Assembly (NCBI GenBank): GCA_040900375.1
Contig: JBBDZC010000008.1
Coordinates: forward strand, 2,182 to 66,181
Source of the DNA: Candidatus Anderseniibacteriota bacterium
GTDB taxonomy: Bacteria; Patescibacteriota; Andersenbacteria; UBA10190
Direction of reading: 5' to 3'
Length of the DNA stretch: 64,000 bases
The notes below the pieces were generated by a model. The model was given only the letters and a program-made list of their open reading frames with translations, ran no database searches and had not been told where the DNA came from. Shown here in pieces: positions 52,417 through 61,977 of the stretch; within the stretch, counting starts at the first letter, position 1, and each line of letters opens with the position of its first letter. The position numbers were made by a program, and so were the translations under genes.

Positions 52417-52875
52417 ATGCGCTTCCAAGTTCCCCAATTCGTGGACATCGAGGATAAAATCATCGGGCCGTTTACCCTGAAGCAGTTTTTGATTTATTTG
52501 AGCGGCGTGCTGGGGCTGATCCCGCTGTACCTGATTTTTGATCTCTCGCTGTTTATCACCGTGGCTATTCCCATCATGGGCATCGCCGTACTGTTTGCTC
52601 ACCTGCGTTTCCACGGCAAGAGCCTGTTCGCCGTCATCGCTAACGCCCTGCGGTTTTTCCTGCGCGGCCAAGTATTCGTCTGGCAGCGGACTGATCAACC
52701 CAAGCTCTTGCGGATTGCCGGAGAAGAATACGGAGATTTTTCGCCTGACGCTATGCTCACTATCCCCGAAGATAGCGTTTCGTCGCTCTCCCGCCGCGCC
52801 CGCGCCCTGGAAACCGAAGGCAAGCTTATCAAAGAGGACGCGCCTGACCCGTTGGCGGATGAAGCGGAAGAATAA
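52417..52875 (+). CDS. PrgI/VirB3-like small 2-TM protein, directly upstream of VirB4.
   Basis: MRFQVPQFVDIEDKIIGPFTLKQFLIYLSGVLGLIPLYLIF...ITVAIPIMGIAVLFAHL. Matches PrgI-family architecture and gene position. Confidence 0.55.
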   Translation: MRFQVPQFVDIEDKIIGPFTLKQFLIYLSGVLGLIPLYLIFDLSLFITVAIPIMGIAVLFAHLRFHGKSLFAVIANALRFFLRGQVFVWQRTDQPKLLRIAGEEYGDFSPDAMLTIPEDSVSSLSRRARALETEGKLIKEDAPDPLADEAEE

Positions 52876-52953
52876 TTGACAACATGATTCGTTCTATTGA
52901 AAAGCAAAATAATTACAGGTTACAAGTTATCCGTTACCAGTTACCATTTTATT

Positions 52954-53640
52954 ATGTTTGAAATGCAACAGCGTAAAAAGAATAAGCCGTCGCAGCAGTT
53001 AATCCGCATCGCCCACATTCGCGATGGCGTAGCGATTTTAAACGACGGGACGATGCGGGCAACACTGATGGTCTCCTCGGTCAACTTTGCCTTGAAATCA
53101 GAGGATGAACAAAATGCCATTGTTTATGCCTACCAAGATTTTCTCAATGCTCTCGATTTTCCGCTGCAGGTCACCGTCTCCTCGCGCAAAATGGATATCA
53201 CACCGTACCTGGAAGAAGTGAAAGAGCGGCGCAATAAACAGCAAAACGAGCTACTGCGGCTGCAGATGGATGAGTATATTAACTTCGTGGGTGAATTAGT
53301 GAAGAGCGCGGATATTATGACGAAGACGTTCTTTATCACCGTTCCTTTCTCGGTCCAGCAAAACAAAAGAGAAGGATTCTTGGACCGCTTCTTTAAAAGC
53401 GCCAAGGGGGTAGCGGGTAAGCTCACACTCACTGATCAAGAGTTTGAGCACAATCGGGCCCAGCTGCTCCAGCGAGTGGAGCAGGTGGCGGTGGGGCTGC
53501 GGGCCATAGGCTTACGTCTAATTCCGCTGCAAACCCAGGAATTACTTGAACTCTTTTATACCATGTACAATCCGGCCACGTCGCGCAACCAGCGCCTACA
53601 CAACGCCGCCCAGTTGAAAGTTCAAGAAACTGAAGTCTAG
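52954..53640 (+). CDS. virB4: VirB4 N-terminal domain, encoded as a separate ORF (track ORF starts at TTG 52897).
   Basis: IRIAHIRDGVAILNDGTMRATLMVSSVNFALKSEDEQNAIVYAYQDFLNALDFPLQVTVSSRKMDITPYLE... matches the N-terminal membrane-associated domain of Gram-positive-type VirB4/TraE ATPases. Confidence 0.6.
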   Translation: MFEMQQRKKNKPSQQLIRIAHIRDGVAILNDGTMRATLMVSSVNFALKSEDEQNAIVYAYQDFLNALDFPLQVTVSSRKMDITPYLEEVKERRNKQQNELLRLQMDEYINFVGELVKSADIMTKTFFITVPFSVQQNKREGFLDRFFKSAKGVAGKLTLTDQEFEHNRAQLLQRVEQVAVGLRAIGLRLIPLQTQELLELFYTMYNPATSRNQRLHNAAQLKVQETEV

Positions 53641-53732
53641 AAGGCTGTCTAGTACGCAATCGCGGGTCAATGGTATGATGAAGTTATGCGGTCTCAAGCA
53701 TGGTTTTTTGTTGTTGATCCTTCATCCTTTCT

Positions 53733-55580
53733 ATGAGTGTTTTTAGTGATGTTGTGGGTGTGCTCAAAGGAAAGCAGTCTGCCTCATCGGATGAGGCCGA
53801 GCGAGCGGCCCAGGCAACACTCAAGCAGTTTAACCAGGGGATTTCCTCTCTGAAGGATATTATTGCCCCGGCGGGCTTTCGGGTCACGCCCCAGTACATT
53901 GAAATTGATGGGAAATTTGCTACAACGCTCTTTGTGACGACCTATCCGCGCTTTTTAGACACTAATTGGTTTGCCCCAATCGTTAATTTCGACGTGGAGT
54001 TCGATGTTGCCATGTTTATTTACCCGCAAGACTCCGCTGCGATTTTAAAACAGCTCCGTAAGCGAGTGACGCAAGTTTCAGCGTCGATTGCCATGCAGTC
54101 AGAAGCGGGCAAAGTCCGCGATCCCCAGTTAGAGACGGCGTATCAAGACATTGAGGAGCTCCGTGATCGCTTAGTGCAGGGGACCGAGCGCTTCTTTCAA
54201 TTCGGGCTGTATCTCACGATTTACGGCAAAACCCAAGAAGAACTCGATGATATTTTGTCGCAAATAGAGGTGTTGCTCGAGGGCCGCCTTGTGTACGCCA
54301 AGCCCGCCCTATTTCAAATGGAGCAAGGCTTTACGTCTACTCTGCCGCTCGGCCGCGACGAGCTTGGAGTGACGACTAATATGAATTCTTCACCACTCTC
54401 CACGAGTTTTCCCTTTGTTAGTTCTGACCTTACTAGTAATTCTGGCGTGCTCTACGGGATTAACTTGCACAACAACAGCCTCGTGCTCTTCGACCGCTTT
54501 AGTTTAGAAAATGCCAATATGGTTATTTTGGCTAAGTCTGGCGCGGGCAAGAGCTACACGGTCAAACTAGAGATCCTCCGCAGCCTCATGTTTGGCACCG
54601 AGGTGATTGTAATTGATCCCGAGCAAGAATACCGCTACCTCTCGGATGCGGTCGGCGGCAGCTACTTGCGAATTGCGATTGCCTCTGATCATCGGATTAA
54701 TCCCTTCGATTTGCCCGCCTTAGCTGAAGACGACAATCCTGAATCAATTTTGCGCGAGAATATCACGCGGCTTACCGGACTGATCTCGCTCATGATTAAC
54801 GGCATGTCGCCCGAGGAGCAATCGCTGGTTGACCGGGGCTTATGGGAAACCTACGCCATTAAAGATATTACCCGCGGCACGCGCTGGACTAAGCCAGATG
54901 TGCCTACCCTGCAAGATTTCTACCAGATTATCCACGACATGGCGGGGGGCAACAGCATTGCGGTGCGCCTCGAACGCTATGTCGAAGGTACTTTTGCTGG
55001 CGTCTTTAACCGGCCGACAAATATTGATCTCAACCAGCAGCTGATTGTTTTTAATGTGCGCGACATGGAAGAGGAGTTGCGGCCGATTGCGATGTACGTG
55101 ATCTTGGGCTTCATCTGGAATCGCGTCCGCAGCCAGCTCAAGAAGCGCTTGCTCGTCGTGGATGAGGCCTGGATCATGATGCAGCACGAGGAATCAGCCC
55201 AATTCTTATTCTCAATGGCGAAACGAGCCCGCAAATACTTCCTCGGTGTAACCACAATTACGCAGGACATTTCTGATTTCTTACAATCCAAGTACGGTAA
55301 ACCCATTATTACTAACTCTTCCTTGCAACTGCTCTTGCGGCAATCGCCAGCCGCGATTGATCTGCTCGCCCAAGTTTTCTATCTCACCGACCATGAGAAA
55401 TTCCGGCTTCTGGAAAGCGACGTGGGCGAGGGCATCTTTTTTGCCGGCTTAAAACACGTAGCGATCAAAGTGGTCGCCAGCTATGCCGAGGACCAAGTGA
55501 TTACTTCTGATCCCCAGCAGGTGTTAGCGATTGAAGCGGCTAAGCGCGAGATGGCGCAAAATCAACGAACCGCCCGCTAG
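53733..55580 (+). CDS. virB4: VirB4/TrbE/CagE-family T4SS ATPase (middle and C-terminal ATPase domains).
   Basis: Walker A ILAKSGAGKSYT. Walker B LLVVDEAW. Middle-domain match IIAPAGFRVTPQYIEIDGKFATTLFVTTYPRF. 615 aa. Confidence 0.85.
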   Translation: MSVFSDVVGVLKGKQSASSDEAERAAQATLKQFNQGISSLKDIIAPAGFRVTPQYIEIDGKFATTLFVTTYPRFLDTNWFAPIVNFDVEFDVAMFIYPQDSAAILKQLRKRVTQVSASIAMQSEAGKVRDPQLETAYQDIEELRDRLVQGTERFFQFGLYLTIYGKTQEELDDILSQIEVLLEGRLVYAKPALFQMEQGFTSTLPLGRDELGVTTNMNSSPLSTSFPFVSSDLTSNSGVLYGINLHNNSLVLFDRFSLENANMVILAKSGAGKSYTVKLEILRSLMFGTEVIVIDPEQEYRYLSDAVGGSYLRIAIASDHRINPFDLPALAEDDNPESILRENITRLTGLISLMINGMSPEEQSLVDRGLWETYAIKDITRGTRWTKPDVPTLQDFYQIIHDMAGGNSIAVRLERYVEGTFAGVFNRPTNIDLNQQLIVFNVRDMEEELRPIAMYVILGFIWNRVRSQLKKRLLVVDEAWIMMQHEESAQFLFSMAKRARKYFLGVTTITQDISDFLQSKYGKPIITNSSLQLLLRQSPAAIDLLAQVFYLTDHEKFRLLESDVGEGIFFAGLKHVAIKVVASYAEDQVITSDPQQVLAIEAAKREMAQNQRTAR

Positions 55581-56258
55581 GTGGCGGCTGACACCCCTAT
55601 GGCTGATGCAGTTGCCCAAGCCCAGCAACGAGAAGAGAGAGCTCGCGCCGCACTAGAGGCGCGAAAAAATCAAGCTCGCAGGGCGGGCGGCAGAGCTGGA
55701 GCCAGGGGCGGAGAGGCGGCGGGAGCCGCGGCTGGGCAGGCTGGCGGCATGGCGGCGGGAGGAGCGGCCGGGGCTGGGGTCGGGACAGTGGTGGGAGGTA
55801 TACGGGGAGCAATTGCCGGCGCACCGGCGGGCGGGGTAGGGGCCATTCCCGGAGCTTTTGCCGGCGCGGCCGAGGGCGCGGCCGAATTTGGTGCCCAGGG
55901 GGCGCGCATGGGCGGCAGTGTCGGCAGAAAAGTCGGGCGATATACCGGTAAATACGCGGGGAGAAAAGCAGGGGAAGCAGCGGCCAGTACGGCGGCCAGT
56001 GCCGCTAGTGTGGATAAAAAGATACAAATTAGGATGGCGCAAGCGCAAGCGGCGCGGGCTCAACAAGAAGCGATGGCGGAGCAAGACGTGGGTGATGTCC
56101 TCGAGCGAAAGATTAAAAAAACGATCAGTTATCCCATTAAAAAAGTTTTCTCATTCGCCCTGCCCTTTCTCGTGCTCGGTTTATTACTTCTGATGTTCTT
56201 CTTTATTATTCTGATGGTCGTACGCCAAGCGACAAATTCGGGAGGTAACCTCTCATGA
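55581..56258 (+). CDS. Gly/Ala-rich low-complexity protein with a C-terminal TM anchor (GTG start), in the T4SS-like operon.
   Basis: AAGAAAGQAGGMAAGGAAGAGVG... repeats. C-terminal FALPFLVLGLLLLMFFFIILMVV. Long antisense ORFs here are artefacts of the GC-rich repeats. Confidence 0.45.
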   Translation: MAADTPMADAVAQAQQREERARAALEARKNQARRAGGRAGARGGEAAGAAAGQAGGMAAGGAAGAGVGTVVGGIRGAIAGAPAGGVGAIPGAFAGAAEGAAEFGAQGARMGGSVGRKVGRYTGKYAGRKAGEAAASTAASAASVDKKIQIRMAQAQAARAQQEAMAEQDVGDVLERKIKKTISYPIKKVFSFALPFLVLGLLLLMFFFIILMVVRQATNSGGNLS

Positions 56259-56779
56259 TCAACCAACATTTCTTTGCCATACTTTTCACCACTCTCCTGC
56301 TTACGAGTAGTATGATGCTAGCTTTACCCGATGCTTTCGCTCAAGGCGCAAGTGGTGCTAGTTGTAGTGATAACAATCCGTGTCCTGAATATTACATTTG
56401 CCAGAAGTCTCAAGGGAGCACCACGGGAACTTGCGTGTGTCCATTTGGCGAATTTGAAGCGCCAATTAACGAGAAGGTTTCCGGCGATATTTGTGCGTAC
56501 CTGGCCAATAATCAAAGCACACCTTTTCTCTCAACGGTAAAAGTAATTGTTAATTTTTTGACAGCGATCGTGGTCGCCATCGGGCTCATTATGGTCGTCG
56601 CGGCCGGCTACGTGTATATGACGGCGGGTGGGGATGCGAGCAAAGTGGGAAAGGCTAAGACAATGATCCAAGCCGCCCTATTCGGCATTGCGCTGGCGCT
56701 GACGGCCTTCCTGGTTCTCAATACTATTAGCCCACAATTTGCTTCGGAGGTTAAAGAGCCAGAGTTTAATACGCCGTAG
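56255..56779 (+). CDS. VirB2/TrbC-like pilin candidate. Signal peptide, Cys-rich N-domain, then two hydrophobic helices separated by a short charged loop.
   Basis: MINQHFFAILFTTLLLTSSMMLALPDAFA signal. VKVIVNFLTAIVVAIGLIMVVAAGYVYMTAGGDASKVGKAKTMIQAALFGIALALTAFLVL resembles the T4SS pilin core. Confidence 0.45.
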   Translation: MINQHFFAILFTTLLLTSSMMLALPDAFAQGASGASCSDNNPCPEYYICQKSQGSTTGTCVCPFGEFEAPINEKVSGDICAYLANNQSTPFLSTVKVIVNFLTAIVVAIGLIMVVAAGYVYMTAGGDASKVGKAKTMIQAALFGIALALTAFLVLNTISPQFASEVKEPEFNTP

Positions 56780-58019
56780 TGTCAGCGAGGGTGAGGGCGA
56801 GCAAAACAAAGTGAAGCGCGGCCAAATCGTTTTTCCAAAAAATGGTATCAACGAGACCGAAAAGCAGGAGAGAGAGCAGCGATAACAAGAGCGCTTGAGT
56901 ATGAGGCTTACGCCACTTAGCGCGCCAGAAGATAGCGACATGGAGACCAATAAAGGAGAAAAGTCCGAGTAAACCGGTATTGAGCCATAGGGATAAAAGC
57001 CAGTTATGCGGGTCACGCACGACAAACTCTGGCAGGGGTTGGGGGCCTGTGGATAAAGACGCGGCATAATCTTGAAAACGTTCATGGAGCACCTGTTGAT
57101 AGGCTGGTTCAAATTGTCCTAAGCCAATACCGAGGAGAGGATGGTGCTGCAGTAGCTCAATACTGACACTCCACAACTGTTGACGGACGGATAGGGAATT
57201 AGCCTGGCCACTCGTCCAGGGATTAACTAAATACGCCAGCCGGCCCGAGTAAACCAGGCTACCAGCCGCCAGGACTATAAAGATCATGAGATACCATTTG
57301 GCGCGGCGCGGCGGGGGGAGCCACGCCGTAATGCCAACTAGGAGTGTGGCCACGACCGCAACGAGAGCGGCCGCTGATTGGGTCGCCAAGAGAGCCACGC
57401 TCATGGTGAGGATGCCGAGACGTGTTGCCCACGAGTGATCGCCGGCTGCCAGGGAGCGCCACAGCGCCAACACTAAGAGCGGGGCCAGCCAGAGAGCGAG
57501 GGAGTTAGGCACATCATAGACACTCGTAATGCGTTCGTCGCGGCCAATCTGGGTTAACCCCCACAGAGCCGTAGCGGTGCCCGACCAAACGAGTCCCCGG
57601 ATGAGCCGGTGGGCGATTAATTGGTTCTGCGCCGCGCTGAAGATAAGCCAGCTGAAGAGAAGAGGAATAAAAATCCAACTTTTTAAAATACCGAGGCTCA
57701 CCCGTGTCTGCGGTGAAATAATGGTGGCGATAATACTGGCGCCTAAGAAACAGAGCCCAAAGATAAGGACAGATCGCGGCATTTTCTGGGCGGCTATCAG
57801 CCAGGAGTGGCGCACGGCTCTTTGGCAAAGACCAAGAATAGCGACGACGATCACGCTGATCTCAAAAACATTTGTAGGCAGCCCGAAGAGGGAGAGACGC
57901 AGAAGATACGCTGGCAGTAAGAAGATGGTGATGACAAGAGCCGTATGGTAGTGCCACAGACCCAAGGGCACCAGGGACAGCATGGCGAACCCGATTAAGG
58001 TGTCAGAGAGAAGATTCAT
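56766..58019 (-). CDS. O-antigen-ligase-like (Wzy_C domain) polytopic membrane protein. Candidate oligosaccharyltransferase/ligase.
   Basis: HHPLLGIGLGQF...PHNWLLSLWLNTGLLGL matches the Wzy_C signature. About 10 TM. 3' end overlaps the pilin gene by 14 nt (convergent). Confidence 0.7.
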   Translation of the reverse strand: MNLLSDTLIGFAMLSLVPLGLWHYHTALVITIFLLPAYLLRLSLFGLPTNVFEISVIVVAILGLCQRAVRHSWLIAAQKMPRSVLIFGLCFLGASIIATIISPQTRVSLGILKSWIFIPLLFSWLIFSAAQNQLIAHRLIRGLVWSGTATALWGLTQIGRDERITSVYDVPNSLALWLAPLLVLALWRSLAAGDHSWATRLGILTMSVALLATQSAAALVAVVATLLVGITAWLPPPRRAKWYLMIFIVLAAGSLVYSGRLAYLVNPWTSGQANSLSVRQQLWSVSIELLQHHPLLGIGLGQFEPAYQQVLHERFQDYAASLSTGPQPLPEFVVRDPHNWLLSLWLNTGLLGLFSFIGLHVAIFWRAKWRKPHTQALLLSLLSLLLFGLVDTIFWKNDLAALHFVLLALTLADTTAY

Positions 58020-59391
58020 GGGAAGGATCGGTCGTAAGTTCTAGAGCGATGAGCACAATGATTACAATCAGGAGGTGAGCATATAACAAACCATTAATGA
58101 ATTGAGCCTGCACCATCCACGCGAGCAAGCTGGCCGCGACCGCCAGGCTGCCAGGCTGCCGATAGAGCAACCACCGGCGGACAAAGATTAAGCCTATGGC
58201 TACCCAGGGCAGTATAAACAACGCGGCGCCGATGATGCCGGTAGTCACCCATAGGGTAAGGAGACTGTTATCAGCTCCGGCCCGAGAATGAATGGTGAAA
58301 TTATCTAGTAAACCCGCGGCGGCGGCCGCAAATTGGTAGGCATTATAGCCTACGCCAGTGCCTGCGTGTGCGACCGCCAAAGGCCAAACAGCCGCCACGG
58401 ATTCTAGCCGCAGCGTCACAGTGGGATCATACGTAACAAGTCCCCACACACGATCGCGGAGTAACCATAGGCTGGTAGTCGCCAGTGCTAAACATATACC
58501 GAGAATACTTAGCAGGCGCATGGTGGCAGGCACTCTGTTCTTTGGTCGCGATCGCCCGATCACCCACAAGGGTGAAATCAGAGTCCCGGCAATTAGCAGG
58601 GCACTAACGGCGCTACGGGATTGGGTGAGGAGAAGAGCAACGAGGAGGGCACCAGTGACTCCGAGGAGTAGTAATAGGTTATAGGGCACAGAGTCTTGCG
58701 GGGCGGGCCGCGCCAGTAAACTAATAACCCAGGGAAGTGCCAGCACGAGCAGACCGCCAAAAAAATTGGGATCGAGCCACGTGGAGACTAAACGATTTTG
58801 ATGCGGGTCCCACCCAGAACCAAAACCAATGAGATTGGGCACCAAGAAGAGCTGCAATGCGCCGAGTCCAACTAGCAATGATAGCGTGATTAAGAGACCG
58901 GTGCGCAAGCAAGAGCGATAGAAAGAAAATTGCGCCAGAAAAAGCAGCGTCGGTAGCAGCGCGAGGTAAGTAACCAAGCGTACCCAGTAGGCCCCCGCAA
59001 TTAGGGTGGCCGAGGAGCCCAGATCAGGGGCATGAATGATGAGAGTCCATAAACTCCAGGCAAGAAAAGGTAGGAATAAGAGGTATGAGATGAGCGGCAG
59101 AGAATGCGAAGGTGACACTGCCTGGTTGCCGTGAAGGGGTAATTTTCTGGGACGGAGCCACCGCAGGAGCAGCGCCGAGGCTAGGACAAGGACAACGGCA
59201 ACATCACTGACGAGTAATCCCCCTCCCTGACCCGGCAAGGGGAGCCGCACCAGTTGGCCCGCTACCAGCGAACCCATAAGGACACCGAGGGCAATGGCGG
59301 GAAAACGCACTACTCCCAAACTTGCCACGCTCAATGCACCGAGGGCGAAAAAAGCCGGTAGAGGCGCCGCCAGAATCGTTGCAGTAAGCAT
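58003..59391 (-). CDS. Second O-antigen-ligase-like (Wzy_C domain) membrane protein.
   Basis: AHAGTGVGYNAY...HSRAGADNSLLTLWVTTGIIG. About 11 TM. Confidence 0.65.
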   Translation of the reverse strand: MLTATILAAPLPAFFALGALSVASLGVVRFPAIALGVLMGSLVAGQLVRLPLPGQGGGLLVSDVAVVLVLASALLLRWLRPRKLPLHGNQAVSPSHSLPLISYLLFLPFLAWSLWTLIIHAPDLGSSATLIAGAYWVRLVTYLALLPTLLFLAQFSFYRSCLRTGLLITLSLLVGLGALQLFLVPNLIGFGSGWDPHQNRLVSTWLDPNFFGGLLVLALPWVISLLARPAPQDSVPYNLLLLLGVTGALLVALLLTQSRSAVSALLIAGTLISPLWVIGRSRPKNRVPATMRLLSILGICLALATTSLWLLRDRVWGLVTYDPTVTLRLESVAAVWPLAVAHAGTGVGYNAYQFAAAAAGLLDNFTIHSRAGADNSLLTLWVTTGIIGAALFILPWVAIGLIFVRRWLLYRQPGSLAVAASLLAWMVQAQFINGLLYAHLLIVIIVLIALELTTDPSHESSL

Positions 59392-60104
59392 ATCGTTCCA
59401 GCATAGTGCTTTCGAAAATACCTGTCAGCTGATTCGTCATAGAGGCGTGTCTTGAGCGCCAGGGAGGGCTGACTGGCGCCGCGCTGGTGATAGGCGCGAG
59501 CTTGCGGCACGAGCACAACCCGCCAACCGGCTTGACGCAGGCGCCGGCCGAAATCCACATCCTCCCAGTAGAGAAAGAATTGGGGATCAAAGCCACCCAC
59601 AGCATCAAAGGCATGGCGCCGAACCAGGCAGGCGCCGGCCGAAACCCATCCGCACGATATGGGTTGAGCCGGAACAGGAGGCGGCTTTATAAGCCTACGC
59701 CAGAGTAGTGATAATAGAGTAACATCCGATCCAAAACTCGCCTCTTCCACGCGACCAGAATCAGTCACGAGCAGCAACCCGGCCACACCGACTTTCGGAT
59801 GATCAACTAAATACTTTTCGGCAACGGCAAGAGCACCAGGAAAAATTGCGGCGTCAGGATTAAGGAAGAGAATGTAGTCACTCATTGTGGATTGGGCGCC
59901 ACGGTTGCACGCGGTGGCAAAACCAACATTGTGTGACTGGGGGAAATAGTGCATTCCCAACTTATGCACTAGATTGGTAGTGGCATCGGTCGAAGCATTA
60001 TCAACAACCACCACTTCTGCAATCCCGTTCTGGCGTAAGCTGGCTAGGCAGGCGGTGAGCGTGGCGGCAGAGTTGTACGTTACCACAACAGCACTCGTGG
60101 TCAT
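59331..60104 (-). CDS. Family-2 glycosyltransferase.
   Basis: TSAVVVTYNSAATLTACLASL...VVVVDNASTD. Confidence 0.8.
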   Translation of the reverse strand: MTTSAVVVTYNSAATLTACLASLRQNGIAEVVVVDNASTDATTNLVHKLGMHYFPQSHNVGFATACNRGAQSTMSDYILFLNPDAAIFPGALAVAEKYLVDHPKVGVAGLLLVTDSGRVEEASFGSDVTLLSLLWRRLIKPPPVPAQPISCGWVSAGACLVRRHAFDAVGGFDPQFFLYWEDVDFGRRLRQAGWRVVLVPQARAYHQRGASQPSLALKTRLYDESADRYFRKHYAGTICLLQRFWRRLYRLFSPSVH

Positions 60105-60994
60105 GGGGTGCGACGCTTACCGGTGATACCGCGACGTGCATCCTGGAGGCCTTGAGCGACCACGCTACTATGCTTACTAGGCCAGACCCGATGCCGCAAC
60201 CCCCGCAGACGATTAACAAGCCGCCACCATAATGAGAGTGGCCAAGGAGTTTCGTGTTCCATGTAGAGGGCGCCATTGCGGACTAAGTAATAGAGTTTTT
60301 CTGCGGAACGAGCGGCGGATGTCTCCTTGTGGCGCACCCGGACAGTGGAGGCGACTTGCAGAAGCACGCCTCGACGGCGCAACCGTGAACCCAAGAGAAC
60401 ATCTTCCCAGTATAAAAAATAGTGCTCGGGCAAGCCTTGGACCGAGAGCAACAACGTTAAGGGGGCAGTCATAAAAGCACCGTGAATATAATCTAAGTTA
60501 CGAGCCGTATACTTGTCGGCTGATCGCACAAGGTGGGCCCGTCCCGTCCACATATTCACCCGCCCGCCGCCGTGAATTGCACTGTGGCCCTCTTCAATGA
60601 CTGCTCCCGCCAACGTTGGTTGGAGATGTGCTGCCCACCAGGTGTGCAGCTTCGCTACCGTATCAGGGTACACGTGCACATCATTATTCATAATAACGAC
60701 TATATCTGATCCCTGGGCGCCAGTAGAGACAAGCGCCCCGAGACCAAGATTAACTCCCGCGCCGTATCCAGCATTATTTTCTGGCGTCAGAATTTGATAG
60801 TGAGGCGAGGGGGGCAGTGTCAGCGGCGTGGGGCCATGATCAACAATGATAATTTTTGCCGGTGGGGCCGAGCTGCGTTCCAAAGCACGAATAGCATTTT
60901 GGGTAACGTGGGCCGCACCATAATGGACAAGTATGACAAAGCATTGTCGTTTTTGTGGATTGGCTGTGGATAATACTGGGGAAAACCCTATCAT
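60101..60994 (-). CDS. Family-2 glycosyltransferase.
   Basis: CFVILVHYGAAHVTQNAIRAL...IIIVDHG. DxD region IVVIMNNDV. Confidence 0.8.
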   Translation of the reverse strand: MIGFSPVLSTANPQKRQCFVILVHYGAAHVTQNAIRALERSSAPPAKIIIVDHGPTPLTLPPSPHYQILTPENNAGYGAGVNLGLGALVSTGAQGSDIVVIMNNDVHVYPDTVAKLHTWWAAHLQPTLAGAVIEEGHSAIHGGGRVNMWTGRAHLVRSADKYTARNLDYIHGAFMTAPLTLLLSVQGLPEHYFLYWEDVLLGSRLRRRGVLLQVASTVRVRHKETSAARSAEKLYYLVRNGALYMEHETPWPLSLWWRLVNRLRGLRHRVWPSKHSSVVAQGLQDARRGITGKRRTP

Positions 60995-61050
60995 TATAGT
61001 GGAAAGAATGTGTGAAAATTAATTTTATTTGTCTTAATTAAGCCTTTTTA

Positions 61051-61965
61051 TTATTTATCGGTATGGAGGCCGTGCCAAAAGTAGAGTGCGGTCAGATTTT
61101 GAAAGAGGCGGGGAAACGTCAGCTTTTCTCCCAGTATACTCGTCAGCAACCAGAGTAAGAGTGGGCCACCGAGATATATGGCTATTTTCTGTTTATAGAA
61201 GCGGCGGCGAGAAAGGGAGGGAAGTAAAGCTACCGCCGGGTGCAATTTTTGGTAGATAGCCAAACTCTGGCCGGTGAGAACCTGGCGATGGCAAATTGCC
61301 CTAACGCTATAGCGGTGATGATGGAGGGCACGGGCCTGATGCAGGACATGCAACTGCAACCCGCGTGCGCCCAGGCGCCGCCCCAGTTCTAAATCCTCCC
61401 AGCCATACGCGGTAAATTGAGGAGCAAAATGATTGTTATGTACCATCTCGCGCTTGAGTGAAAGGTGAGCACCATAGAAGAAGTGTCGTGGATCGGCGGA
61501 GCGGCGACCTAGGAGAGCATCATAATTATTCTGCTGGCCACCATGCGTCATCCACATCATGAGCGGCGAAGGATTAATCCGTGGATCCCAGGTAACAAAA
61601 CCGAGGGCGGCCTGGTGAGGATCAGGATACTGCTGGTGAAATTCTAGATGAGCCAGCAGCGCGCCGGGTCGCAGTATAATATCCGCTCCTAGGAACAAAA
61701 TAATATCCCCAGTGGCCGCCTGGAGGCCGCGATTACGAGCCTGGGCAGAGCCGGCGTGCGGGCCTTTCACTACTAGATAGGACCCAGGCGAGGGCGGTGA
61801 AGACCGTTCGACTACAGGGACAACATCAGCTGCGGAGCCATCATCACTAATGATTAAGCGTAAAACCCAGCCTGGCGGCAAGCGCTGCTGCCACAACGCG
61901 GTGAGCGTGGCGGGCAAGACTGGTTCACTATTATACGTCGGGATAATAACATCACACTGCGGCAT
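61051..61965 (-). CDS. Family-2 glycosyltransferase.
   Basis: CDVIIPTYNSEPVLPATLTAL...LIISDDGS...FLGADI. Confidence 0.8.
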   Translation of the reverse strand: MPQCDVIIPTYNSEPVLPATLTALWQQRLPPGWVLRLIISDDGSAADVVPVVERSSPPSPGSYLVVKGPHAGSAQARNRGLQAATGDIILFLGADIILRPGALLAHLEFHQQYPDPHQAALGFVTWDPRINPSPLMMWMTHGGQQNNYDALLGRRSADPRHFFYGAHLSLKREMVHNNHFAPQFTAYGWEDLELGRRLGARGLQLHVLHQARALHHHRYSVRAICHRQVLTGQSLAIYQKLHPAVALLPSLSRRRFYKQKIAIYLGGPLLLWLLTSILGEKLTFPRLFQNLTALYFWHGLHTDK

Positions 61966-61977
61966 ACAGATTGACTC

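Noticed and set aside
55597-56084. Long antisense ORFs (143, 79 and 75 aa) within the Gly/Ala-rich gene.
   Set aside because: GC-rich GCN/GGN repeats leave all frames open. These have Pro/Arg-rich nonsense translations.
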